Positions 42,541 to 57,499 of a DNA stretch of 64,000 nt are shown here, one piece after another (the first letter of the stretch is position 1; the number at the start of each line of letters is the position of its first letter). The notes under the pieces are model-generated. The model did not search any database, was not told the origin of the DNA, and was given only the letters and a program-made list of their open reading frames with translations. This DNA is from the human T2T-CHM13v2.0 reference genome, Homo sapiens. The stretch is from assembly GCF_009914755.1 (NCBI RefSeq), contig NC_060926.1; one strand, written 5' to 3'. The position numbers and the translations under genes are program-made.

Positions 42541-44631
42541 CTCTACACGATAGAATAGAGAGACTCGTTTCTGGCGGGCATCTCTGCCAGCTCCCACTCT
42601 GTAGGGAGAGCCAACCTAGCAGCCTGGCCTCCCTCCCCACCAGTCCCCCTAACTTCCCTAAGGCATTTGCCAGTCACCATGCCCAGGCCAGGCTTCTGAA
42701 GGGAAATAGAGGGAAAAAATCATGAACACTTCTAAGGGAATAATGACACAACAAGCACACTCAAAGAGACAGCACACACACCATAGTCTCAGCACTTCAG
42801 GCATCCTTGAGTGGTTCCAAAGGCCTCCTTCTCAGAGCCCTCAAACCATACCCAGGCACTGGCCTTGAGAGATATTGAGCTCAGTGAGCCAAGCCAGGCC
42901 TGCAGTGCTGTTCTGAGGAGGATGCAGGCAGGTGGAGGCGGGACCAGCAAAGTCTTCCTAGAGCTCCCCTGTCCTGGCCACAGACAGCTTAGAGAGATCT
43001 CAGGGGGACCTCTTGGTCTGCTGAGCCACTTTCCCGGTGTGCCCTGGTTATTGCACTGGCAAAATCCCAAGTCCTTACTGGCCAGGACTGGATCAAAGGG
43101 GAGAGGTGTGTGTGGGGTCGAGGGCAGGTCTCACTTATTATCCAACACAGGCGCGGTGCTTTTAACCAGTGCTTCTTCCACACCTGCTGGCAGCTGGGGA
43201 GGGGCGCAAAGAAAAACCAGACCCACTGAACCTCAGGTTGCTCATGATTTTGTGGACAAGATGGCCAGACATCAAGGACTTCTGTCTGATGCAGAGAATG
43301 TGTCATGCCTCTCAAAGAGGGGAAGTGGTGAATGCCAGAGGGGCACTCATAAGTGAGTCCATCTTCATTTTGGGACAATTGGAGAAGGCTTCCTGGAGGC
43401 TGAGTTTTAAAGGATGGGAAGGGAAAGAATCTCCTCAGGATTCCCAGCAGTGTTTCCCTGTGCGTGGGACATTATGGTTGCAAAGCTGGTGAGGCAGGCA
43501 GGGCAGACAGGAAGGCAGGGCCAGTCACCTCCACTGGACGGGGGAAGAGACATAGGCCAGAAAGGCGGAGCTCCCTGCCCAAGGTTGCACAGGAATGTTG
43601 CAAGTAGGAATGCAGACATCTGGCCTACCAGTTCTGGGCTCTTTGTATGAGCTTGATAAGCATGTTTCTCCCTCAAGGCTGGTCCGGGCAGGTCCCCAGG
43701 TGGGGCAGGACACTCTCATGCAGGGAGCAGGTCCTCCTGGGGGCTTCTCAAGGCTGGGTGCTCAGCCTCCCCCGAAGAACATGTGTTTCCTGTTTTCCTG
43801 CTCCCTCTGGCTCAGGAAAGAGAACGGGTTTTCCTGAGCGGAAGAGCCTCAAAGACCTGGCCCGGGCCCAGAGAGCTCTACCGGTCAGCCCGCTCAGGGC
43901 TCTTGTTCCTCAGGGCAATGGGCCCCTCACCCACCCACCCGGCCTTCCAAGGACACTCGTGGCCATTATCTCCCCTTGCTCTCCCCAGACTGTCTTGAAC
44001 CCAGGACCTTGACTCCCAGCTTGGTATTCTTGGAATACGCTTTGCTGATCCTCGGCCAAACCTGGAGTTTGTGCCGGTTTGGAACTGAAAAGTCAGGGCT
44101 GTGGGACAAGGACTTTGGCCAACCCTACAGCTGCTGGAGATTGAGAGTCCTTATACCTCCCCATCCCTGTCCCCACATTGTTTCCTATTGTCCTGGGATG
44201 GAGGCAGGGTACGGACGGTCAGTGGCCGACATCATCCCAGCTTTCCAGCCGATATTCTGTGGGCTTGGCACAGTCTGAGCTCCATCCATAGCTGCTCTGA
44301 AGCACAGAGTCTTTCGATGTGAATGCAACATCTTTCCCCACTGTCTGGTCCAGGGTTTTCCCTGCAACTTGGATGGAAGAGAGATATTGCGTGAAAGTGG
44401 AGGGAGAGTGAGTGAGCAGCCCAGGTCTGCAGAGCCACGGAGCCCAGCACCAGTGTGAGCTAGAAAGAGGCTAGCGGTGCCTGCTCCTTGTGACTCCCAT
44501 CCTGTTGGTGGGGAATAAGAGGAAACAATTTTCTCCAATTCCTTAGCAGCCCCATCTCTCCCTACAAAGAGGAATCCTCCCATGTTCAGGCCTGTTGGAG
44601 AGCCTGGTTCTGTGTTTAGGAATTGCTGTTG

Positions 44632-44667
<36 letters not shown>

Positions 44668-44673
44668 GTGTGT
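44632..44673. repeat. (TG)n microsatellite
   Basis: Direct read. Confidence 0.9.
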
Positions 44674-45612
44674 GGTGTTTTCTGTAAGACGAGGCACTGG
44701 CTATGGATGAGCTTTGGAGTGGTGGAAGGTGTGTCTGTGTATGTGAGACAGTGTGGCTGCTCATATGTGACCCACGTTGTCCTGGGAGGCGATATTCAGG
44801 CCCTTCCTTGGCCTGCAGCCCATGGACAGGCCTGGAGTCCACAGCAGGAGACAACTAACTCTGAAGACTGGGCTATGGACTTTGAAGTCCTTCCTAGTGA
44901 GGGCTCCAGGCACAAGCTGCCCAAGTTTATTAGGTACAGGTTTATCTGGGGCTAATTTACCTTGTTAACATAATTGTGCCAGAGGATGCAGCCCTGAGGC
45001 CCTGCCTCAGTAATTACCCTTCTCTTGATCTGTTTCATCTCTAAGGGCTGTGCCTTCATGCAGAGCTTTGCTGGGCCCCCACTTGCTCCTTCCAAGGCCC
45101 CGGGAGGGGCCCTGGCAATGCTTTCACATTTTTGTAAAATTTGCAAAAGTATATTGTATCAACCACAATCATTCAAGGCTGCTGTTTCTTTTCACCCTGA
45201 CTTCCCCTCTGTCACATTTCCCTTCTGTCAAGGGATATCGGAATAACTGTGGCATTTTGGGGATCCAGCTTAGGGAAGCTTGAATTGAGGGATGCATTTA
45301 ATGTGGACAAATGGGATGTATTTATGTGGGATGCAATATATGTATATAATATTTCATGAGTGTGACTCTCAGTCACTTCCATGTATCATGACAATTATTG
45401 GGGAGGATTGGTTTCCAGGAATACTCCTACCACCCATGGTGTTGACTCACCTGGGGTGATGCATCATGAATGTGTCCTATGGCTCTTAGTACAGGAAGCA
45501 TGTAGGAAGTGGAAATGAAACAAGATTGAAATGCACACAGCCAGAAGCTGGTCTGTGGAAAAGTCCCTGTAGTCTTACAGCTCATGTTAGAGGTTTACTC
45601 CTAATTGACAAC

Positions 45613-46008
45613 TGTGGTGATTAATTCTGTGTGTCAACTGGACTAGGTTAAGCGATGCCCAGATAGTTGATAAACCATTATTTTGGGATGTGTCTGTGAG
45701 AGTGTTTCCAGAAGAGATTTATATTTGAATTAGTAGATTAAGAAGACTGCCCTCACCAATGTGGGTGGGGATTATCCAATCTGTTGAGGGCCCAAATAAA
45801 ACAAAAAGGCAGAGGAAGACAAACTTGTTCTCTGTCTCTGTTTGAGCTGAGACACCCATCTTCTCCTGCCCTTAGACAGTAGTGCTCCTGGTTGTTGGGC
45901 TTTGGACTTGGACTGAATTACACCACCAGCTTTCCTGGTTCTCTAGCTTGCAGATGGCAGATTGAGGGAGCTCTGAGCCTCTGTAATCACATAAGCCAAC
46001 TCCTATAA

Positions 46009-46055
<47 letters not shown>

Positions 46056-46095
46056 CCCATTGGTTCTCTTTTTCAGGAGAACTCTGACTAATGCA
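45613..46095 (+). mobile_element. MLT2B-type 5' LTR of ERV-L
   Basis: TGTGGTGATTAATTCTGTGTGTCAACTGGACT...(TG)n...TCTGACTAATGCA, followed by PBS-like GATTTTAGTATCAATAGTGGTTCT. Confidence 0.88.
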
Positions 46096-46149
46096 GATTT
46101 TAGTATCAATAGTGGTTCTAGGAGAACAGAATTTTAAGGTTGAGTTTCC

Positions 46150-47800
46150 TGAATTGGTTCTGAGGTTTATGAGACTGGCCCTCTAATCTGATTGTTCATG
46201 GTGTTGGCTGTTTATAGAGATATGCAAAATATCTGCATTGGATACTTCTAATCAACCACTTATAAGAAGCAAGGAGCTACGTGACTTCATTTAAGATATT
46301 TCAAACATTTTTGGAAAATTGAGGAATATAATGACATTGGTTACTTGGTTACTTGTTTCTAATGTCATTGGACAGATTTGTAAAAGAAAAGGATGAGATC
46401 ATGGATTCAAATTCCTAGCTCAAACAGTGCATAAAAGATCTTCTAGTTGTGCCCTGAAGGGCAACCTTATTTCAGGACTGAAATTGCTGAAAATCACATG
46501 CAAAACAAATCCTGTGACTGACTGAATGACAACTTCCCAGCCTCACATGGTCTCTACTGTTACAGTGAGGGCATTGACTGGGAAAGAATGATATCCTGTG
46601 AGTTGGGTGGGTGACCTATGGGAAGACCTTGATGAAGCTGGAGACCTTGAGCCTCTAAGTTCTCATAAGTCTTCTTTACCATGGAAGAGACTGGCCTACG
46701 CCCAGTGGAAGTGGCATCCCTACCCCCAGTGAAGTTGCCTACCCACCCTTAGCAAAAGTGGCTTCCTCACCCACAGTAGTGGGGATAAATCTTCATTGCC
46801 TGATGAAACAGTAATGGCCACCCCTGAAGCAGTTGCTATATAAGACAGGGCAGATTCACCCCTGGACCCACCTCATCAGCATTCTTTGCTTCTAGACCTA
46901 TATCTAGACTCGAGTCCCAGAAGCCCCCTAAAGGTAAGGTACATAGTGTGACCCATGAGGAGGTGTACTGCCCCCAAAATAATTCCTTTATACAAGCAGA
47001 AATCTGGGGAACATGCATGGGAGTGGATATTGAGAGTGTGGGGTAATGGTGGAAGGAACATAAAGGTGAATCAGGCTGAATTTATTGCTATAGACCCACT
47101 AAGCAGAAATTCTGCATTCAATTTTGCAGGTGGGGGAGTTACAAAGGATTCTAACAGTTTGTTTGGCTGAAATATGGATCAAAAGGTAGGCCACCAAGAG
47201 TGAATTGGAAATGCCCGAGCTCCCTTGGTTTAACGCAGAGGAGGGGGTTCAAAGACTTAGGAGATTGGAATGTCCAAGTGAATCTGTCATTTAAGACCCC
47301 TTCACCCATACTGAGAAGGTCCAGAAGACATACCCTTTACCAGTATTTTGAGGAATAAATTTGTGAGGGGAGCCCCAGCATCCCTGGAGAGCTCTGTGGT
47401 CACTCTTTTCTATAGGCCAGACTTCACATTGGAAACCATAGCCACTCAACTGGAAATCTACATGCAACAGGGGGTAATTGGATTCCAAGGTGACAGGGCC
47501 AAGTGGCGGCACCCAGCCATCAAATGCAAGGTGGGTGTAGTTACCTTAATGCACAGCAGAGGCAAAGCACCAATCAGAATAATCCGGCTCATGCAGACTA
47601 GTATGGCATTGGCTAGTTAATCATGGTGTTCCTAGGAGTGAAATAGAGAAGAAGCTTACTAAGTTCTTTGTTGATTTTTCTAAGCAGAAAAGTTTTAAGT
47701 CAAGAGAACAAAAGTGTAACCCAAATCACCAAAACAGAGTCACAGCTCCTCGATCAGTTTTCAGACTTGACCAATTTATAAACCCAGAATCCCTTGAATG
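46150..47800 (+). pseudogene. ERV-L gag remnant
   Basis: LYKQKSGEHAWEWILRVWGNGGRNIK (46955-47170) and RNKFVRGAPASL (47348); many stops and frameshifts. Confidence 0.8.
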
Positions 47801-48632
47801 GAGGGGAGGCCGAGTCTCTTCAAGGAAGGACTCCCCTACAACATCCAAAATGTATGCTATTAGTCTTTCTCCCAGCCTTCTTCAAAGGGACCTTCAGCCT
47901 TCACCAGGGTAACTATGGATTAGGGAGGAGGAAATAATCAAATTTTCAGGGACTACTGGACACTGGGGCTGAACTGACACTAATTCCAGGAGAACCAGAA
48001 TGTCACTGTGGCCCTCTAGTCAGAGCAGGAGCTTATAAAGGTCAGGTGATCAATGGAGTTTTAGCTCAGGTCCATCTCACTATGGGTCTTGTGGGTTCCC
48101 AAACCCACTCAGGGTTATTCCTCCCATTCCGGAATGTGTTCTTGGAATTGACATACTTAGCAGCTGGAAGAATCGCCACCTATGGAATGAGGGCTATTAA
48201 TGGTGGGAAAGGCCAAGTGGGAGCCAGTGGAGCTGCCTCTACCCAGGAAAATAGCAAATCAAAAGCAATACTGCATTCCTGGAGAGATTACAGAGATTAG
48301 TGCCACCATTAAGGACTTGGAAGATGCAGGGGTGGTGATTCCCACTACATCCCCATTCAATTGTCCTATATGACCTGGGCAGAAGACAGGTGAATCTTGG
48401 AAAATGACAGTGAATTATTGTAAGCTTAACCAGGTGGTGACTCCAGATGTGGTTTCATTGCTTGCACAAATTAACATGTGCCCTGGTACCTGGTATGCAG
48501 CTATCGATCTGGCAAATGCCTTTTTCTCTACCTCTGTCCATAAGGCCCACCAGAAGCAGCTTGCCTTCAGCTGTCAAGACCAGCAGTATATCTTCACTGT
48601 CCTACTGTAAGGGCATATTAACTCTTTAGCCT

Positions 48633-48954
<322 letters not shown>

Positions 48955-50148
48955 CTACAGCCTATGTCATAATTTAGTTTGCAGAGCTCTTGATCACCTT
49001 TGCTTTCACAAGATACCTCATTCATTCATTTCATTGATGACATTATGCTGATTGGACCTACTGAGCAAGAAATAGCAACTACTCTAGACTTATTGATAAG
49101 ACGTTTGTGTGTCAGAGGGTGGGAAATAAATCTGACAAAAATTCAGGGACCTCAGTGAAATTTCTAGAGGTCCAGTTGTATGGGGCATGTTGAGATATCT
49201 GTTATAAGGTGAAGGATGAATTGTTGCATCTGGCCTGTCCTACAACCCAGAAAGAGGCTCATGCCTAGTACATCTCTTTAGATTTTGGAAGTAACACATT
49301 CCTCCTTTGGGTATGCTACTCTGGCTCATTTACTGAGAGACCTGAAAAGCTGCTAGTTTTGAGTGGGGTTCCGAACAGGAGAAGGCTCTGCAATAGGTCC
49401 AGGTTGCTGTGCAAGCTGCCCTGCCACTGGGGCCATGTGATACAGCAGATCCAATGGTGCTTAAAGTGGCAGTGGCAGATAGGATGCTGCTTGGAGCCAG
49501 TGGCAGGCCCCTATTGGTGAATCGCAGGGCAAGGCTTTAGGATTTTGGAAGAAGGCCCTGACATAATCTTCAGATAATTACTCTCCTTTTGAGAGACAAC
49601 TCTTGGACTGTTACTGGGCCTTAGTAGAAACTAAACACTTGACCATGGACCACCAACTTACCACGAGACCTGAGCTGCCCATCATGAACTGGGTGTTATC
49701 TGACCCATCTAGCCATAAAGTTGAAAGTGTTCAGTAACACTGCATTATCAATGGAAGTGGTATATATGTGATTAGGCCTGAGTGAGCCCTGAAGGCACAA
49801 GTAAGTTACATGAAGAAGTGGCCCAAATACCCATGGTCTTGACTCTTGCTACAGTACTTTCTCTCCCTCAGGCTGCACCTATGGCTTAATGGGGAGCCCC
49901 CTACTATCAGTTGACAGAGGAAGAGAAGACTTGAGCCTGGTTTATAGATGGTTCTGCATGATATCCAGGCATCACCTGAAATTGGACAGCTGGGGCACTA
50001 CAGCCTCTCCCTGAGACATCCCTGAAGGACAGTGGTGAAGGGAAATCTTCCCAGTGAGCAGAACTTTGGGTAGTGCACCTGTGTACTTTGCTTAGAAGGA
50101 GAAATGCTCAGATACAAAATTATATCCTGACTCATGGGCTGTAGCCTA

Positions 50149-50633
<485 letters not shown>

Positions 50634-51399
50634 TAATCGTCAAGTGCTGAGGGTGACTCATTCTTTGGATACCAGCCAGTCAAGCTCTTTCCCTAGCCAC
50701 TCCTGTCATTGATCAATGGGCTCATGAACAAAGTGGCCATGGTGGCAGAGATGGAGGTTATGCTGGGGCTCAGGAACATGGATTTCCCTTCACCAAGGCT
50801 GACCTGGCTACAGCCTCCATGGAGCGCCCAATCTGCAAAAAGTGGAGACCAACGCTGAGCCCCTGATATGACACCATTCCCCAAGGTGATCAGCCAGCTG
50901 CTTAGCGGCAGATTGATTAGACTGGACCACTTCCACTGTGGAAGGGGCAGTGTTTTGCCCTTACTGGAATAGATACCCTGGATATGGTTACCTTCTTCGC
51001 ACATGATACTTCTGCCAAAACTACCACATGGTGATTTACAGAATGCCTTATTCAACATAATGATATTCCACACAGTCACTTCATAACAAAAGAAGTGGCC
51101 CATATTCGTGGAATTCACTGGTCTTACCATGTACTCCACCATCCTGAAGAAGTTGGCTTGATAGAACAGTAAAATGGCCTTTCAAAGACTCACAACACCA
51201 GTGTGGTGGAAATACTTTGCAAGGCTGAGACAGGGTTCTCCAGAAGGCTGTATATGTTCTGAATTAGCATCTTGTATATGGTGCTGTTTCTTCCAGAGCC
51301 GGGATTCACGGGTTCAGGAATCAAGGGGTGAAAATGGGAGCAGAACCACTCATCATTACCCCTACTCATCTACTAGCAAAACTTTTGCTTCCTTTTCCC

Positions 51400-51700
51400 A
51401 CAGTTTTATGCTCTACTGGTCTAGAGGTCTTAGTTCCAGAGAAAGAAATGCTTCCACGAGGAGACACAACAACGATTCCATTGAACCGGAGGTTAAAACT
51501 ACCACTCAGCCACTTTGGGTGCCTCATGACGCTGAGTCAACAGGCAAAAAGGGAGTTACTCTATAGGCTCGGGTGATTTACCTGACTGCCATTGGGGAAA
51601 TTGGACTACTACTCTGCAATAGAGGTAAGAAGAGTATATCTAGGATACAGGAGATCCTTTAGGGTGTCTCTTAGTATTACCATGCCCAGTGACTAAGATC
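51400..51700 (+). pseudogene. ERV-L dUTPase remnant
   Basis: GLEVLVPEKEMLPRGDTTTIPLNRRLKLPLSHFGCLM in ORF 51328-51576, downstream of integrase as in ERV-L. Confidence 0.7.
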
Positions 51701-51710
51701 AATGGAAAAT

Positions 51711-51962
51711 GGCCAGGCGCAGTGTAATCATGCCTGTAATCTTTGGGAGGCTGAGGTGGGAGGATCACCTGAGTCCAGGAGTTCAAGAACAGCCTGGCTA
51801 ATATGGTGAAACACCGTCTCTACTAAAAATATAAAAATTAGCTGGGCAAGGTGGTGGGTGCCTGTTATCCCAGCTGCTTGGGAGGCTGAGGCAGAAAAAT
51901 TGCTTTGAACCCAGGAGGTGGAGGTTGCAGTGAGCTAGACTCCCTAAAAAAAAAAAAAAAAG
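51711..51962 (+). mobile_element. AluS with internal deletions
   Basis: TSD AAGAT...TGGAAAA. Confidence 0.88.
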
Positions 51963-52157
51963 AAAGATTAGTGGAAAACAATAACACCCAATCTGGGCAT
52001 GAATACTAACGGCCCAGACACTTCAGGAATGAAGGTTTGGGTTACCCAGCCAAGTAAAGAACCACAGCCATCTGAAGTTGAGGTGCCTGCTCAGCCTTGG
52101 AATAATGGAATAATGGGTAGTAGAGGAGGTAGTTACAAATAACAGTTATGACCACAT

Positions 52158-52794
52158 TGTTACCGGGAAGGGGTCCCGATCCAGACCCCAAGAGAGTCTT
52201 TTCCCACAAGAAAGAATCTGGGGCAAGGCCACAGAGTAAAGTGAAAACAAGTTTATTAACGAGGTACAGAAACAAAAGAATGGCTACTCTGTAGACAGAG
52301 CAGCCCTGAGAGCTGCTGGTTGGCTATTTTTATGGTTATTTCTTGATCATATGCTAAACAAGGGGTGGATTATTCATGAGTTTTCTGGGAAAGAGGCGAA
52401 GAATTCCTGGAACTGAGGATTCCTCTTTTTTTTTTAGACCAAATAGGTTAACTTCCAGATGTTGCCATGGTATTTGTAAACTGTCATGGCACTGGTAGAA
52501 GTGTCTTTTAGCATGTTAATTGCATTATAATTAGTGTAAAATGAGCAATGAGAAGGACCAGAGGTCACTTGCATCACCATTTTGAATTCGGCAGATTTTG
52601 GCTGGCTTCTTTAGGGCATCCTGTTTTATCAGTGGAATCTTTGTGACCTGTATCTTGTGTTGACCTCCTATCTCATCCTGTGACTAAGAATGCCTAACCT
52701 CCTGGGAATGCAGCATTATTTTAGTAGGTCTCAGCCTTATTTTACCCAACCCCTAATTCACAATGGAGTTGCTCTGGTTCCAGTGCCTCTGACA
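52158..52794 (-). mobile_element. MER41B solo LTR with tandem GAS (STAT) motifs
   Basis: MER41 termini; extra segment with TTCTGGGAA (52383-52391) and TTCCTGGAA (52404-52412). Confidence 0.82.
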
Positions 52795-53151
52795 ATGTGA
52801 TCAGTTACAGAAATGAAAAGTAAAATTGTCATGAGTATTTTATGCTTATTTTGTTATGAATATGTTTGTGTGTACGTATACATATATTAAGCAAATATCT
52901 TTGTTTTCTTTTCTCTCTTATCATGTAACATGGGGTATTGCCCTTATGTCATTGACATGCCATTAATAAGGTATTGGCCTTATTAATACCTTATTAGTAT
53001 TTGAGTGCTGTTAATTTTATATCATAGTATTTAAGTTGTGGGATATCAGAAGAGTAGATATCACTTAAGGACTTTACCTCCTCTTCTAGGAAAGGAATTC
53101 TTGCATTTTCAGTTGTATGGGGGATAGTTGTATCATATTAGGCAGAATTAT

Positions 53152-53847
53152 TATAATCACCCGATAGGTTCTTCCTGCCCACTTCAAGACAAAACCAATT
53201 CACTGAGACCATGGCATTGCAATAAAGAGTTTAATTGATGTGAAGCTAGCCATACCACATGAAAGACAGAGTTATTACTCAATTCAATCTCTCTGAAAAT
53301 TCGGAGGCTGGGGTTTTTCAAGGATAGCTTGTCAGGCCAGGGAATGAGTGCTGCTGATTGGTTGCAGATGCCAACACAGGGGTGTGAGAAATGGTCCTGA
53401 GAAAATGTGCTGAGTCCGCTTCTGGGTAGGGGTATGGGGCTGGATGGAGCCATCATTTGTCAGAAATGCAAAAATCAGAAAAGATGTCTCAAAAGGCCAA
53501 TCATAGGCTTTAAAATACTGATGTTATCTGCAGGAGTAATTGGGGAAGTTGCAAATCTTGTAACCTCCAGAGTAATGGCTGGTAATCATTTATGTCTACA
53601 CTTTAGCACGTATTCAGGCTCCTCATCCTCCTAACCTGGTGGTCTTTCATTAGCTTTACAAACGCAGATTAAAGAGCTGCTATCATTTAAACTATAAACT
53701 GAATTTCTCCCAAAGTTATCTTGGCCCAAACCCAGGAATGCCTGAGGGCAGTGTGGAGGTTAAAGGCAAAATGGGGGGTGGTTAGATCAGCTCTCTGCCA
53801 CTGTCATAATTTTCTTATAGTTATAATTTTTTGCAAAGGCAGCTTTA
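53152..53847 (-). mobile_element. LTR8B-like (LTR8 family) solo LTR
   Basis: Reverse strand begins ...CTGCCTTTGCAAAAAATTATAAC...; TTAT TSD at 53148-53151 and 53848-53851. Confidence 0.75.
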
Positions 53848-53862
53848 TTATAACCTTGTTAT

Positions 53863-54563
53863 TGAAACTGCCTTTGCAAAATTATGACTGAGATGGTGAA
53901 AGAGGTTGAACTTAACCGACTCCATCTTGCTTCTAACCTCCAAGTTGTCGTTGTTCATTCCTGGGCGTAGGCTGAACTAACTGTAGGAGAAACTCAGTTT
54001 ATAGTGTATAGTCTAAAACAAAAGACCATAACAGCTCTTTCCCAAAGCAGACCTCCTTCTTGCCTGGGGACTAGATTGCCTTTGTAGGGCTACTCTTAGC
54101 CACAAGATTAGAAATTATGGTTTAGGTGTCGTGCAGCTGGATTCTACAAGATTCTGACCCTCCCTAAGCTGCTCCTAAGATCAGTGCTTGAGGTATTTTG
54201 CAGACCCTGCACTTGATAAATCAGCTGGCATCACCCAGATCAATAAACTGGCTCATTTGATATTGTGGTCCCCACCCAGGAACTGACTCAGCACAAGAAG
54301 ACAGCTTCGACTCCTTACGATTTCATCTTTGACCAATCAGCCTCCTGGCTCACTGGCTTCCCCCCACCCACCCAGTTGTCCTTAAAAACTCTGCTCCCTG
54401 AATGCTTGAATGCTTGGGGAGACTGATTTGAGGAATAATGAAACTCTGGTCTGCTGCATAACCAGCTCTGTGTGAATTACTCTTTCTCTATTGCAATTTC
54501 CCTGCCTTGATGAATTGACTCCGCCTAGGCAAGTGGGCAAGGTGAACCCCTTCGGCGGTTACA
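53863..54563 (+). mobile_element. LTR8 solo LTR
   Basis: TGAAACTGCCTTTGCAAAATTATGACTGAG...GGCGGTTACA; TTAT TSD at 53859-53862 and 54564-54567. Confidence 0.88.
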
Positions 54564-54826
54564 TTATTGTCTTTATTTGGTGATAAACTGTGGTATAAGA
54601 AGATGTGTATGGGTGCCAAGTTGCCAAGGAGTGGACTTGGGATAGTTAATTTTATGTGTCAATATGACAGAGCTAAAGGATGCCCAGATGGCTGGTAAAA
54701 GATTATTTCCAGGCATGTTTCCAAAAGAGATTAGCATTTGAATGGGTAGGCTGAGTAAAGAAGATCCCCCTTCACTGGGGTAGGGACCATCCAGTTGGTT
54801 GAGGGTGGAATAGAAGGAAAAGGTGA

Positions 54827-55698
<872 letters not shown>

Positions 55699-56156
55699 TC
55701 TCTGTTTGAACTGAGGCATGTATCCTCTGCCCTTAAACATCATTCCTCCACCCTCATTCTCAGGCCTTCAGGCTCAGACTGATCTATATATTGTATTGGT
55801 TTTGTTTCTCTGGAGAGTATTGACTAATTCAACACCTATCCTGAAAATTCACACATTCGTTGTGAAGCTGAAATAAACTTTTCTAAACTCTCAGTAACAA
55901 AGTATATATTTTGAATAAGGATGTTAGAGGAAGCACCATTCTATCTCTCTATAGAAAAATATACTATGAAATCATTGACATATGGTGAGGCAATCAAAGA
56001 GAACACAAAGCCAAAAATATAGAGAAAAGAGTATTATAAAGGTGTGTTGGCAAGTTGATTTATTAAAATATTATATTTCTGGTTTTTGTGTATATCTCAG
56101 CTTTGAAAAATGTATTGGTTGATGTGACTTCTAGGAAAGAATGAGAGGCATTTTAA

Positions 56157-56404
<248 letters not shown>

Positions 56405-56859
56405 AATATTCACTTTTAACCTAGTTTTGTATTAATAATTTTGTGTTCTGTTTCCTAAAGAGAATCCCCTAAGTTGTATAAGTTCCAGGCTTTATAAAAC
56501 TTGGATCCACCTTGGTGCTGCTGACATTTGTCTGTGGGGATGGGTGAGGGAGATGAATGTGCCTTGAGACTCACCCAAGGGTGCCCTGCATCAGGGAGGC
56601 AGAGCTAGGGAGTGGCCCAGGGGACTTGCCTGCTGTCCTTGTGTTCCCTGGGGCCTCTGAGTGACCCGGGAGGACCTGCTGGAACCACTGGGCTCCTTTG
56701 CAAGGCTCCCGTGGACTGTCAGAACTTCCTGAAGGTAGGGGCTGGGTGAGCTGGTCTCCTGCAGGCCCTTAGATCTCTTTATGTGTGTGTCTCTGGTGAG
56801 GGCAGGAGGGCCACAGAGAGAGGAGAGGTGCTCTTACCACCACTGTCATCAAGTATCTC

Positions 56860-57000
56860 TATCAGTGATTATTTCCTGAATGTCCTTCACCCCTGCTAGA
56901 CTGTGAACTCCATCGTCTCCCCAGAATCTAGCTCAGGGGCTGGCACAGAGTAGTGCTTAGTTAACCTTCACTCCCCCAAAATGAATTGAATAAATAAACA
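56860..57000 (+). mobile_element. L2 3' fragment
   Basis: CTAGACTGTGAACTCC...TCCCCAG..CTAGC..GGCTGGCACAGAGTAG..TGAATAAAT. Confidence 0.65.
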
Positions 57001-57181
57001 CAGGCATCACTACGTTCCCACACATTCATGTGTGCAAACTGTGTGTAAGTATTTGCAGGGAGGGGGTTAAGGAAGGAGGGAAACAGGGCTCTGAGCCCTG
57101 TCACTTACTTGGTTCAAAGTCCCCCTGCTTTTGCTGTGTTTTGACATTTTGGTTCCCTCAATAGAAGATGCAGACAATAGA

Positions 57182-57499
<318 letters not shown>

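Noticed and set aside
42811-43356. 181-aa ORF
   Set aside because: GTG start, no domain or splice support
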